Below are positions 1-12,700 of a stretch of 64,000 nucleotides of DNA, one piece after another (the first letter of the stretch is position 1; the number at the start of each line of letters is the position of its first letter). Where the stretch lies: NCBI GenBank assembly GCA_964252035.1, contig OZ176204.1, one strand, 5' to 3'. Position numbers and translations under genes: made by a program. This DNA is from Podarcis erhardii. Its lineage: Eukaryota. The notes beneath the pieces were generated by a model that saw only the letters and a list, made by a program, of their open reading frames with translations, made no database searches and was not told where the DNA came from.

Positions 1-941
1 CAGCTGTTTTCGGACTACAATTCCCATCATCCCTGACCACTAGTCCTGTTAGCTAGGGATGACTGGAGTTGTAGTCCAAAAACAGATGGAGGGGCACTGT
101 CAGAGCTGCCCGAGGTCCCAGCTCACAAAGGACCAACGCCAGTTCGTTGTTATATACAAAAGTCTTTATTGAAGTTCAGTTTCGATTTCAAAGCCGTGGC
201 GTGCAGCTCTACGTCTCAAACTCTAGACCGCCGAAGCTCCGTCTGAATCTCCTCCCCCCAGACACCAGTTTAAGACTCTAGCCTTGCTCCACCTCTTCCT
301 TTGCTCTTTCCTCCTCTGGGTCCGCCTGTCCACTGGGGTCTTGCCCTTTCTAGACTCTTCTGACGCTGAATCCCCTGAGTCTTCCCCCTGCCTCCGGTGG
401 GCTTTAGGACCTGGTTCCCAATCCAGGTTTTCTGCCGTCCCGCGCGCCTGTACCTTTGAACTTGGCGCGCGTGCCCAGCCGGCAACCTTTCTCCTGACCG
501 TTACACTGCTCCTGTCACTGCTTCCCTCTTCGGGGGGGCTAGCTGGACCTGACTTCCCCTCCGTTCTCTCACTCTCTGATAGAGGCGTGGTCAGCCCTGA
601 CTCATCTTCTCTCCCTACTGGAGGAGACGCTGGCCCTGACACATGGGACTCTTCCCCCCCACTACGCTCTGGTGGGGGAACTGGTCCTGATCTTCCGCTG
701 CTGCTTTGGGAGTCCCCGCTGGCCCCTTGCTTCTGGTGCGTCCCCCCGGGACCCCCCTTGCCCTGGCCCTCGGCGCCCCCCTCTGGGAATCTTCTGAATC
801 ACTGGAGAAACTCATGGAATCTCTCGGGCCACTGTCATACTCCCCTACGCTGCCCTCAGATTCTTCCCCTTCGCTCTCCGTTTCCTCTCTCCCCTGTGCC
901 TCTGCTCCTGAGCCCCTGACAGGCACGTTTGGCCATGACTG
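1..941. mobile_element. hAT-type MITE (5' part outside window) with its right TIR split by an LTR insertion
   Basis: 1-97 matches the interior of the MITE at 23872-24007. The TIR continues after the LTR as ggcacgtttggccatgactg (922-941). Confidence 0.75.
98..921 (-). mobile_element. Solo LTR, 824 bp (probably Gypsy-type)
   Basis: TGTCAG...CTGACA termini; perfect 5-bp TSD ggcac (93-97 and 922-926); minus-strand AATAAA at 170-165; GC/CpG-rich. Confidence 0.88.
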
Positions 942-1203
942 ACTTAGAATGTGCATCCTCATCAGAGGCAAATAATTGTTAAATGCAACTGATGGTCCCA
1001 TATTTATAGCTGGATTGAGGCCATTATTCTAAGAGGACAGATTATCTAGGGGGAAAGAACAACTAGACACCAAAACAATCAGGAGCAGAAGCAAGAAAGG
1101 GAGAGAGTGGCAAAGAAAAATGACACTCTGAAACCTCTGGAACAGATAAACTATAAAGATGTTGCAGGGATTGAGTCCTAATACGATTATTGCCCTGCCG
1201 TCT

Positions 1204-1289
1204 GGGGATTAGCAATCTGTGGCCTCTAGCTCCCAGCACCCTCAGCCAGAATGGCCAATTGTCAGGAGGGCCACAGGTTGTTAATCCCC
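1204..1289. mobile_element. Internally deleted hAT-type MITE
   Basis: Imperfect inverted ends ggggattagcaatctgtggcc / ggccacaggttgttaatcccc with a MITE-like interior. Confidence 0.55.
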
Positions 1290-3433
1290 GCTTTAGTTAT
1301 TTCAATGCCACTGACTACGAATGTTTCCACAGGTGATGCCTAAACTCATTTCTGAATAGAAAAAGCATAGTTCTCCAATCAATTTAGAAGCAGCAACTCT
1401 TTTACATTCTACCCTTTACTAGCAATATTAACAAGTGACGTTCCAGATGAAAAGGCATTCTTAGCATAATTTAAGAAAAACACATTGAGAAGGAAATGGA
1501 AAGCCAGCCCTAAGCCTCTTCACACTGCATGTTTCTCCTCAAGGAAGGCTCCCCATCTTCACAGAAATTGTAAAGGGGAAGATTCCAATTTGCACTAATT
1601 TCACTTTTAAATGATGCTAAAAATGAAGATCTGCTCAGGATACTATGTAATGTCAGTGCACAGCCCTTTAGCACGTGATGATTAAACCCCCTCGAGAAAT
1701 GCTTGCTAATCATTTACATTACTAATGTATACTTAGCTTACAAGAGAAGAAAAATAAAAATAAAATTGAGCCTGATGGAATGGCTCACACAGCATTTAAC
1801 ACAGCTAATGCCTTTCTAAGATGCACTTAAGGCATTTTTTTTTAAATAAAAAAATGTTTTAGACATATACCAGAAACCCCAAAGCTGCTGCTTCCAAACA
1901 TATTTCTATTAAAACACTAAAGTGCTGTCTGCCCTGCAGTTTTCTGAATACTTTAGGCAGTGATGTGCCTCAGATGATCTGCCTGCTACATTTCTGCCTA
2001 TTTAATGAGTCCGTTTTCCTAAACACAAAATTAAATACATGGCTCACAAAACTTGGGGGCACCCCAGAACAAATGCTACTTAAAGGAAGAGACCCATTAG
2101 GCACATTTATGTGCATTCATTGTCTGCATTTGCCAAACTTCTCTTGTGGTGTATTCATTTTAAGTTGCTGGTTAATAGCATTTTTCCAAGATAACACAAT
2201 TGTTGCAAGTCTTAAGAAGGGTGGGTTGTTGTTGTTTTTTAAGGAATGAGGCTGCTTCTGTGATGAACACAACTACACAGGTGTCACCTTCTCATGATTG
2301 ATCTGTGGCATAAAAACTCACTATTACTGAGGTATCTCAGCCGTATCAAAGCGAATGCATTCATTCATGTAGACCCCGAAATCTGGTGAATCTCCTCAAA
2401 ATCCCAGAACTACTTTAGGAATAGGGATACGACACTAGCAAGGATACTCCCTCCTTTTGCAGAAAAATGGCCCACCATTTCATGAACACTTTTCCTTTCC
2501 TTATTAACTCATTTTTAAAAAGGCTCTTTAAAAGCTGTGTGCTCTACTTCTACAGTGCTGAGGAGCACATTTTCCTTGGTGACTTAATGATATTTTTTCT
2601 AAGTAGTATATACACTGTCTAAATCATTAACATCATCACAACATGCCACTCACAGTTCCCAAAATGCAAGTTTGCTTGTTAGCTCTGTTCTTTTTTGGCA
2701 TAAAATTATTGTTTGGGAGAAGCTATAAAGCAGCAAGGACTAGATTTCTCAGAGCAAATAACTACTTTCTGGAATTCAAGTCATATTAGACAAACATTGG
2801 TAACAAGCCATAAGAATGAACACTCATAATAGTATGTCTATGTAATATATTAAACTGCGTGGCTGGGTTCTTAACTTCACATTTTATAGCAACATAAGGA
2901 AATGTTAGGCTGTTTACTTCAAATGCTATCACCCTTACAAGCTTTGCTCATGTACTATAGCACGGTGTACCTCAATGATAAATGTGTGAGATTTTAATGT
3001 TATAAAGCCATTTGCTTATTTTCTTTTTTTTTTGCTGAAATGCTGGCTGCACATGCTGTTTAAATGAAGCCAGTGGTCAGCTATATTATTTTCGTTCAGT
3101 CTGTTCAATTTTGTGGATAATACGGAAAAAAGAGAAGGTGAGTGTCTCCATAACCCCTAATAAATAAAAATTACTTACCCTTTTTGCCATTGGAAAGTCA
3201 CCACTGGCAGTCTTGATGGGATGCCCTAGCTGGAACTGCAGGTATGGAGAAGCAACCCTGCTTTCTCCATTCTCTCACCTCCAACATTCAGTGCAAACAA
3301 GACAGGACTTGCCACAGAACCTACTTTGCCTTTCCTTTGCTCACCCCAGTGCTATATTCTAGTGCTACCACTAGCCCACTCAGCCCAATCCACCCATTTA
3401 CATAACACTGCATGTGGAAAGAGGCACACATAC

Positions 3434-4114
3434 CCAGGACTCGGATTTGCATGACTGCTCCATGTAAACCAAAGAACATCCACAGTGGCTGGGAACAGTC
3501 CACGCACACCTGCATGCCGGCGTTTGCTCCATTGTGGCTCAAGTGAAGTTCGCCTTCTGAATTCACCATGAATCCCAAAATGTCTCCACTCTGGAGAGGC
3601 ACCAACACCCTACAAACTGCCCAGAACTCTTTCCGGTCAACCAAAGACTCTGGATTATAAGGAAGGTCGCTGGGCCTCAGGGTGCTGGGATCGCAAGTGG
3701 TCACCCCGTAAGAGAGTGTCCCAGTACGTGAAGTGTTGGATTTATTAATCTTGACAAATATGGTCTCATTGATTCTAAGGGGCCTGCTGGTGAAAACCAA
3801 AGTTCTCTCTTCTCGAGCATGCTCCAGGCGAGCCACTGTCTGGTCATCCAGGATTTTAATATGGGCTCCCCTGAGCTGATGGAAACGCAGGTCACTTTCA
3901 AGCTGGGATGGGAGAAGGTGGGAATGTTGAGAGTTGAGGGAGTTCTGTGGAATGGGACACATGGCAGCCATGACATGGAAGTTCTCCTCCTGGAGGTTGA
4001 GGTCGCAGAGGCTCACAGACAGACGGGTGTCCTCAGTCTCTCTGCGTAGTGAAGGCCGCCGGATAGCCGTGAAGGATCTTGGACGGAGACAATCTGGAGC
4101 AATAATTTCACTGT
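3434..4114 (-). CDS. NEURL1: NEURL1 exon 4 (linker + NHR2 domain)
   Basis: ttttcag|ACAGTGAA ... GTCCTGG|gtatgt, 681 nt, phase 1-1. Translates (D)[25 protein letters not shown]...[21 protein letters not shown]...[12 protein letters not shown]...[18 protein letters not shown]. Confidence 0.98.
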
Positions 4115-6639
4115 CTGAAAATCAGAACAAGAGAGGGAAGAGATCACCTGAGGGTAATGTGAACGTCTAGTTTACATTATCAGTTCCTCTATGAGCAATG
4201 CAAGCTTTTGCTGTTACCAGCGTGTTTCCCCTTCTACATGATAAAACAGTCAGATCACTCCATTTTCCAGTGAAATCATCTCTGTAAATATTTCAAGTAC
4301 CATTTCAGGCAGACTCTCTCTGAGTCAGTATCAGATATTGAGGGTGGGGGGCAACACTTGGAAAAGTGAATCAGATGGTAAATAAGCAGGATCCATCAGG
4401 AAACCACTGGCAGATTGCTGGAGAGCCCTGAAAAGTTACGCTCTGTCGACATCTAGAATATGTTTCATGGTAAAAATGAAAAGGAAAGCTGAGCAGGTAT
4501 TTGTCTTTAACATTTTAGAAAGAGGAGGGTGAATCCACAGCTATGCTTGTCCAAACACATTCCCTTTCTTTCCACCTGAGTGGGGAAAGCGGAGTTATGC
4601 CATATAAAAGGATAACTGATTCACACAAAGTGGTCTTGCAAATGCATATCCAAGATGAGAATAATGGCTCTAACTCCACTCAGAAGTTGTGAGAAATGCC
4701 TAGTTTACTGGTGACTAGTTTACAGTGTTGATGTACTCTTAAATTTACTGCTGTCCTTAGGCTGAAATCCTATACTACCTGGGAGTAAATTCCATGACAC
4801 TCAATGCAACTTCTGGGGACATAGGGTTGAATCTAGACTTGATCTCACTTAAGAGTAGATCTACTGAAATCAATGAGAGAATTTAGTCATGACTTACTTA
4901 ATTCCAACTGATTTTAATGGGTCTACTCTAAGCAGGACTAAATTGCAGTCCAACCCAGTTTTTTAAATAGTATTTTACTGTATTTTTATTATAGTTTTTT
5001 GGTTTTGTTATCAGTTCCATTTGGGTGCCACTGTGGCAGAGAGCACAACTCATTATTTTATAAAAGAAATGAATAAACATTTCAAATTCATTCATTCAGC
5101 AAAACTGAGTTAAGATTAGTAATGGAGAGTAATGGAGTGGGACTCAGTTGTGGCTAATATAAATCTCACTGACTCCAATAAGACAGTCATGATGAACGTC
5201 ACATGTTATCTGGTCTGTGTTTTCCCCTCAATATACTTTAGACTGTATTCGTTCTACAGTTTAGTACCGAGGATAGTGAGGTTGGATCAGTATTTTATCT
5301 GGGTTTCAGGTAAAGTTTCCCATGCATTTTATCTACTTTTTATTTTTATTTTATCTTGTCATATTTTCAAAAGTAACAGAAAGCAGACAGCAAATCAGGA
5401 AAAACTAAATCATCACCATCATCCCATATTAGCACAGTAAAAACAACAAAAAGCACTACACACAGAATGCAATGAAGAACCTTAAAAACTTTTTTTTTAA
5501 AAAAAAGAAAATCATGGAAATATTTTTTGAACAGACCTTTTAAAATAACTCAGTTTTTTACTAGCTTCCTAAAACAATCAAAAGATAGAGCCTGGCAAAT
5601 ATTATATAGCCAATGTGATGCTCTCCTGAAGTTGTTGGATACCTCCCACCAGCCAATGGCCAGGGATGATGGAAAGTGCTGTCCAGTAACATACAGAGGG
5701 ACCATTTCAGCCACAAGCAGAATTGCAATTGACATTCCACACCTTCAGGTGTACCAATCTGCTAGGTTCTATGTACATTGGTGGGTGTGGCATAGTTGTT
5801 GTGGGCGGGGCCATTTGAAGCTTTACCACAACCTTTACAATGGCCAACTCTACAATTATATGATTCTATGACATCATTTATGACCCCTGCTTATTTGTGC
5901 AAGTAATATTTTCATTAGCGAAACCTCTTTTCTAGCCGTATGTTTTAATGAAGGGCAGGCATGACACTATTAACACCATCGTGCTATGATGTCAGTTGAT
6001 TTGTGGGCTGCTCACTGATAGCGCTTCCAGTCAGCAAGACACCTCACCAGGGTTGTTGTCTTGCCAGCTTTTTTGTTTCAGTGAAGTACTTCCCTTAGGA
6101 CCACAAAAGTATGTCTCAAGTGAGTGCTGACAGGCAAGCCATCTGTCTTTGATTTGGTTTATAAAAAACATTTCAGCTGCAGGGCTTGTTCACGCTTATG
6201 GTTTACTCCTAAGGCTAAGTAATTAGTCTGTTGCTCACTATAAGCAGAAGTATGAATGCAGCCATTCAAGGACAGCTGTCACAATCCCTTAGCAATTCCC
6301 CACCACCGCCACCCCGGTATAAAGTTTGGATTAACCTGCCTTATCCAACTCACTGAAGTTGTCCGTGAAGCCTAAATTAGACATCATTCTAATTGAACAG
6401 TTAGCAGCCACATTCGGGTGTTGTTGCTTTTTTTAAAAAAAAAAAACCCAATACCAGGTCCATTTTCATGTGTAATGGCAGTGCCCAGTGAGGGTCAATT
6501 TAACCCCTTCTTCCTCAGCCAAACTCCACACACTTACGCTCTGCAATGAGCCTTAGGAGAAAGAAAAGCCTGCACTGAGGCTAATCACTCAAAGACCTGG
6601 TTTCCATATGTAGCAGCATGGAGTATTGTTCTACTTCAA

Positions 6640-6644
<5 letters not shown>

Positions 6645-6674
<30 letters not shown>

Positions 6675-6682
6675 GTGTGCAC
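6645..6682. repeat. (GT)10(GC)5GTGTGCAC compound microsatellite
   Basis: Direct reading: 38 bp of uninterrupted purine-pyrimidine alternation. Confidence 0.95.
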
Positions 6683-9600
6683 TATTTTTGAAATATACTT
6701 TTTTTAACTCTCTTTATAAAGAAAATGGTAAATTATCAGGAACTGGGCTAGGTTGGGCTGATTTTTATCCTCATTGCACTAGCTGTATAACGGCAGGGAT
6801 TTTAAACACGGGGAAACATTTAAAAGTTGTAGCCCTCACCTGTAACCTGAAGTTTAGAAACTTGGGTAAAGACTCGGTAATTAAAAGTTTAGAAATGAAT
6901 TAAATTAAAGCAGCCCATTTTGTCAGCTCAGTGTTCTACAATCTCATTCCCATTTTATGAGGTAAGAAAGAGGTGATAGAAATCTTAAGAGAGTAGGATA
7001 CATTCTACCACTTGATATTGCGATCACCTAGAAAAAGCATACTGTTGTTTACCCCACATCACATTCAGACAGTATTTGAGTTCTGAAGCACCATGCATAC
7101 AGGTTGCTAGAAGAAAGGACACCACTTCTCTGGTGCAAAATCCAATGCTAATGTAAAATTCACTGGAGCCACTGGCCTGGGCAAGGGAGAGTTAAATCTC
7201 CCTTCTCCATGCACTGCAATCCCCATGAAAATTACAACTTCCCCCCAACACACTTTTCTTAACAACAACAACACATGGGGTTGCTAACCATGCAGTTATT
7301 CTAACACCCTGCATGACCCTCTGCCTGTGCTTGCAGTGCTCTGTATGCAAGGTGAGAATGGCAGGGCTCTGAGACAGTGGGACCTTTGCAGAAATGGAGC
7401 CATGACTGTGCCACTCTCTAAAACATTGTCCCTGTCTGGAACCAGTCCAGTTAACAAGAATGTATGGAGAAGCAAAGCAATCTTCTGCACTGAGATTATT
7501 CAAACAATGCCTCCGTAATGTAGATAAGACAATACAGCAGAACAAAAAAAGGCAGATGATGCAGGCAAATATAACATCAGAATGTAGAAAGCCATGATTA
7601 CTAGAAAGAAGCAAGGCAGAACTAACAGATTCAACAGCATTATTGGCCCTTTTGTGTTAGATCTGGTATAATGAGAACTATACAATCATTATAGAATAAT
7701 CAGATTGACTGTGTAAAGGGCAACCACAAATATATTGATACTCAAGCATGGAGGCATCTAAAGTACAAAACCTATCTGCTGACTGGGTGACTGTACTTTC
7801 TATAATAAATAACTGTAGAATACTTTCCATTTCATAACAGATACACCAGTTGCCAAAATGTTTGTGAGCACTTCTGATTATTTTTAATGGCACCAGGAAG
7901 GATTCAAACTGCTACTTCAAAGACGCAAGTTTTCCATGCCAATGTTCTAACTCAGGAGTCTTATTCTGCATCCAATGTCAACCCAAAGGGCATGTTCAGA
8001 ATTTTCATGCTTCCTTCATGCCATTTGGCCAATTTGGCTGCATTTCAGGAACAAATAAATGAGTTTGCACATGTGCTTAAATGCTTTTCTGCAGATAGCA
8101 TCTGAGACTCTCAAAAGCATTCACTAGGAAGCACAAGAGAGATGGTCGGATGATTAACATTCATGGACATGAGCCAAGTGGCCCAGAATGTCTTCCTTGT
8201 AACAGGAGCAATTTAAGTGATACCAGTTTTTGCCCAAATAAGTGCTCATTTCCCAGGCAAACCTACTGCAAATGCACAAGTCAAAATTTGGAAACTATAT
8301 TAAGATATGCACTTTTTGCATATGTGTACAAATTATATTACAGGAAAGGAAAAAAGAAAATGCTGAAGACCTAAGATGCATCATTTGCTAGTCTTATCTA
8401 TTAATGTAAATTTAAATGTTCTTTGCATCAGGAACAGCTGCAAAGCAAATAGCTGAAACAGCAGCTCTAATCTGTAACTCTAGCTCCAAGGGCTGGTTGA
8501 AAGAAGAAGGGAACCAATGAAGGGCATCTATAGCTATCCATGCCAAATGATGCGTCTGAAAAGCTCAACTATTTGGTGAATTTGCATTGTATGTTGGGCT
8601 AATGAGTGCTTGAGTGAGAATCTTGGCAGGCCCAGCTGGTAACTTTTGTTCATCAGCGATACAAATAAAATTAGGTATGTATGTATACTTTTGATACAGG
8701 AACTGCACTCTTGTTGTTACAGATGGATTGTACACTCAGAAGCTTCTGCATGAATGCTTGCTGGAAAAGTTCACTTGTTTGCAAGTTTCTTGCCCCCTAA
8801 ACAGCCTATTTAGTCATCTTTCCTTCATGTTCAGATTGAATAACCTCACAGAAGTATTAAGAGGAAGGATGAAAATATGAGTTAGATTCATATTAAATTC
8901 AACTTAATATAGGTGATTTCTTATGTTTGCCTTTTCTATCTTGTTCTCAGCCAAATGTTTCCACTTAGCTGTGTTTTCTAATCAGTATTTGCAAACATAA
9001 TTAGTTATTTGTTCATCTGTATTTTACCTGATTGGTTCCTGAAAAAAATTGCAAAAGGGAAGGAAACTTGGTTAAGTTTGTATTTTTAATATTTCTTGCT
9101 AATATGAACATGTAATGAAAATATTTTGATTAATGTTTGATTCCTATTTAATATTCATATTTAATGTCCACATGCTACCTGCCAGGGCTGTCACAAGTTC
9201 TCATTCTTTGTGGATAATCTCACACATTTTGGTTAACACAGACTGGGGTGTGAGAACATATCTATAAAAAGCATCCTGTAACATTATAAAGCTACTTTCA
9301 CCATGGTACAGTAAATATGGGCATGCAGCTGCAGTTCAGGTAGCCAATGGATCTAAATGATCAAGTTCCTGCCCACTTGTCAAATAAAATAGTGTGCTAC
9401 TAAAACAAAACAAAACACAGTAATATGCATTTATTTATTGGAATCTGTTGGGGTTGAGTAGGTCACTCTTTAGGGTCTTTAGAGTTTATGCCTACTTCCT
9501 TGCTACTCCCAGTGCCAAATATAATCTTTGTGTAGCTAGCTAAAAGGCACCTGGCCATTTCAAACCTCTAGCATACAAAGTATGAAGAAGTGCAGAAGTG

Positions 9601-9697
9601 CAGGAAACCAAGAGGCAAATTGCTGTCATTATGTATTTTCTTATGTTTGTAACCTTTCAAGATGGGACTTGAGTAGAAGAAATGTGGATTTCATCTA

Positions 9698-9770
9698 CAT
9701 CCACCCAGGCACTAACCAAACCCAGATCAACTTAGCTTCAGCAAAATGGTGGCCTGCTATGCCGTGAGAC
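9698..9770 (-). mobile_element. 5S rRNA-derived SINE head fragment (SINE3-type)
   Basis: Minus strand gctgaagctaagttgatctgggtttggttagtgcctgggtggatg aligns by eye to 5S rRNA GGAAGCTAAGCAGGGTCGGGCCTGGTTAGTACTTGGATGGGA. Too degraded to be a 5S gene. Confidence 0.6.
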
Positions 9771-12700
9771 CACATCCGAGGCGACATACAGTGGAAGAAA
9801 CTGTACTTCCAACCCCCATGCTCAAGATGAAAACATTTTGTAGCACTTTTCCAGTTTTTATCTTGAAAATGATGGAATGTATTCAAAACAGATGAAGATG
9901 CTTGATCTCATTTGTAGATCTAGTGATTAGAAAGAACCACATGTGATCCAGGGATCTTGCTTCTCACCTGCTTGTAAATCCTATGCCCCATCCTCTTATC
10001 CTCTTAACAAATATCAAATTCCACCTCAGGAGCTATGACTGATATAACTGGATGGACCACTCTTGCCTAATTTCCCATTTTGTGATATTTGTATTCCATT
10101 TAAAAAAAGACAATGAACAGATATTTAAGTTTGTAAAAGTTTCTGCAAAGTTAGTTATATCAACATCTAGCATTATGCCTCCACCTTGTCACATGTGGAA
10201 GGGACATAAGCAAACTTGAAATGCACTCAATTTAATCTACATTCCTTTATTAGATTTATTTTTTTCCAGATCAGTGAGCTTATTCCATAAGCAATACCAC
10301 ATAGCCACTACCAGAAATATACAGGTAAACAAACAAGAAGAAAAAGCACATCACGTATTCACCGAACAACAGTACTTTGGAGGTGGAAATTTTTTTGGAC
10401 TGTCACACCACTGCAATGCCTTTCTGGCAATCAAACCATGGGAAATCTCCAAAGTTGTAAAGCACAAATGAAAACAAGTGTGCACATTCTCAACTTTTGA
10501 ATTGTTCAAAAGGAAGTGATCCATGTAGGAACCAGCCTTTTGATTGTCTTGTTTTTCAACCAAAGAACATTTTAAATCTTGTTCGTGGCAGTTTCACATG
10601 AGCGTCAGGTTTCCTGGGCACCAGCAGAGTAAGCATCTACGCTAATAGCTATTTGGATGGATGGATAGTTTAATGCCGAAAGCAGGTTGCTATGGAGAGT
10701 GTGACACAGGAATCTGAGATGACTCAAGTGCACTGGTGCACAAATTGACCCAGCCTATAGCTTCTGTTGATATTTGCTGTTTGCTTCCCTCATCCCAGTA
10801 CGATGGAAACAGATCAAAGGCCAGAGTATTTGAAGTATGCTATTCATCCTCCCCCACTCCCCATTTTCCTCCAGAGGCTCCAACACTATGTACAAAATTA
10901 TATTAAACATCATGCATGTAGAAATCCTTTAAGTGGTGTCAATTATTCTGTGCTGATTTCCATGTGCTCCAGCAACCCAAATGTGATCCCAAATCTTTCT
11001 TCAGCAGCCAATCCTTACTTTTTATTAAGTACTGTTGGTATCTGCTTTTGATGTGAATAGAATGCTGATTCCCACTCCCATGTTAATTGTCAGCATGAAG
11101 AATACATAACCGTTGAACACTATACAAAAGTAACTAAAGCATTACTGCTAGCTATCTACCCATTCACCCACATAGAAGGGCATTTGCCTCTCGACAAGGA
11201 GGAGACCAGAGCAGTAGTAGGTGTGACAAATAGTTATGTCCACAGGAAAGTCAGAAGCACAGGATTGAAACAGCATGGTAGTTCTACTACACTTGGACAT
11301 ACTGCTCTCTCAAGTGCCAAATAAGAGCAGAATCAGTGGTCTAGTGATAAATTCTGGAGCACAGGAGTTCATCATACCTCCAAGAGAGTCCATAAAATGA
11401 AGTGAGTTATGTTGATCCACTATTATACACTACTCAAAGAGCAGTGGTACAATGCATAAAATCCACTTTATGATTATCAGTATGACTGCAATACCATGCA
11501 CAGTTTCCTAGGAGTAAGCTGATACAAGTTCCCTCAGGAAACATTTTTCATTAAGCCAATAAAATGGCTGAAATACCATTTGTTTTCTTTCTCATGTTCT
11601 AGAAGAATCATGTTCTTAAGAATAGCATAAACATTATGCCATCATTCCTTGATTTCTAAAAATGTCATATTTATATTATGCAAAGAAATTATTTACAGAA
11701 TTCATAAGCATCCTCCTTATGAAGTCCATCTGGCAGCCAGGAGAAGGTCTTGGAACTTGTTAATTTGTTTACACTGTAAACCACTTCATAATAAGTAAGA
11801 AAGTTCTTAATGCTCATGTGCAAGAATAAGGTATGTGAGCATTGCACTATAGTTAGGGCTAACCCTTCAAATCCAGTTTCTAAAAATGTAAAAGGAAAGA
11901 GGGTTATTTCATTCTTCCCTTTCTTGATACCAAACTGGTGTCTTTATGAAAAATTATTAACATGCACTCAATTTAAATTATTACTTTTTGAGTGCCATCT
12001 GTCAGAAAAGGTTAATGGCATAAGAAGGACATAAAATGATCATGATTTCAATACTTCAGTCTACTGTCAGTCCTATCTACTATTAAGGAGCTCATTCTCT
12101 GAATACCAATGTAGACACAATAACATCATCCACATACATGGGGTGCCAGCAAGCTTGGGAGAATACCAAGATTTGCAGAAGTATGCAAAATATGGGGTGA
12201 GAGGTAATGAATTTTTTTGAAGCACAGTGATAACTCAGTGGCCACAGAATACTGCGAGCTATTGGTTGAGAAACAGAAAATGGGATTGGGGGAAGGGAAG
12301 GGAGTTTCCTGGCTGATTGGTTGGCTGTAACCCTGAACATGAGCACGCCACATGGTACCATTTTGTTGTGGGTCCTACTTGTGTTTCACTAGTCTCCTGA
12401 AAGCTCAGGGCGGGGAGAGGGAGACAGACAGGCATAATGAAACTGAATCTGCACATTTGTCTCCATCATTGTAACAGGACATGAGGCCAGTACCAAGCAA
12501 AAGGTGAAGCTTTTTTTCCTCCTCCATGCAGTTGTGAACTCAAGCAGATGACGTATATCTGCAGAATAAAACCACAGGCTACCTAGTCCAGCACTCTGTT
12601 TCAAACAGTGGGTGATCAGAAACAACCACCTTTTCCACAGCATATTGGACATTAGAGAACCACCTGCTTCACCTGGGAACACCCACAACCATTTTCATGA

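Noticed and set aside
284-919. 211-aa plus-strand ORF
   Set aside because: It lies wholly inside the solo LTR, antisense to the frame carrying the peptide repeats. It is a Leu/Ser/Pro low-complexity shadow of a purine-rich, stop-poor strand.
1-3178. NEURL1 exons 5-6 (Ser/Pro-rich linker and RING)
   Set aside because: No matching sequence was found; the LLHTCSSS resemblance near 3240 is followed by a stop. These exons presumably lie beyond coordinate 1.
3321-3433. ORF-track extension of exon 4 by ~37 codons (GMCASFHMQ...)
   Set aside because: It reads through a canonical GG|gtatgt donor and NEURL1 similarity ends at the donor. It is intronic unless retention is shown.
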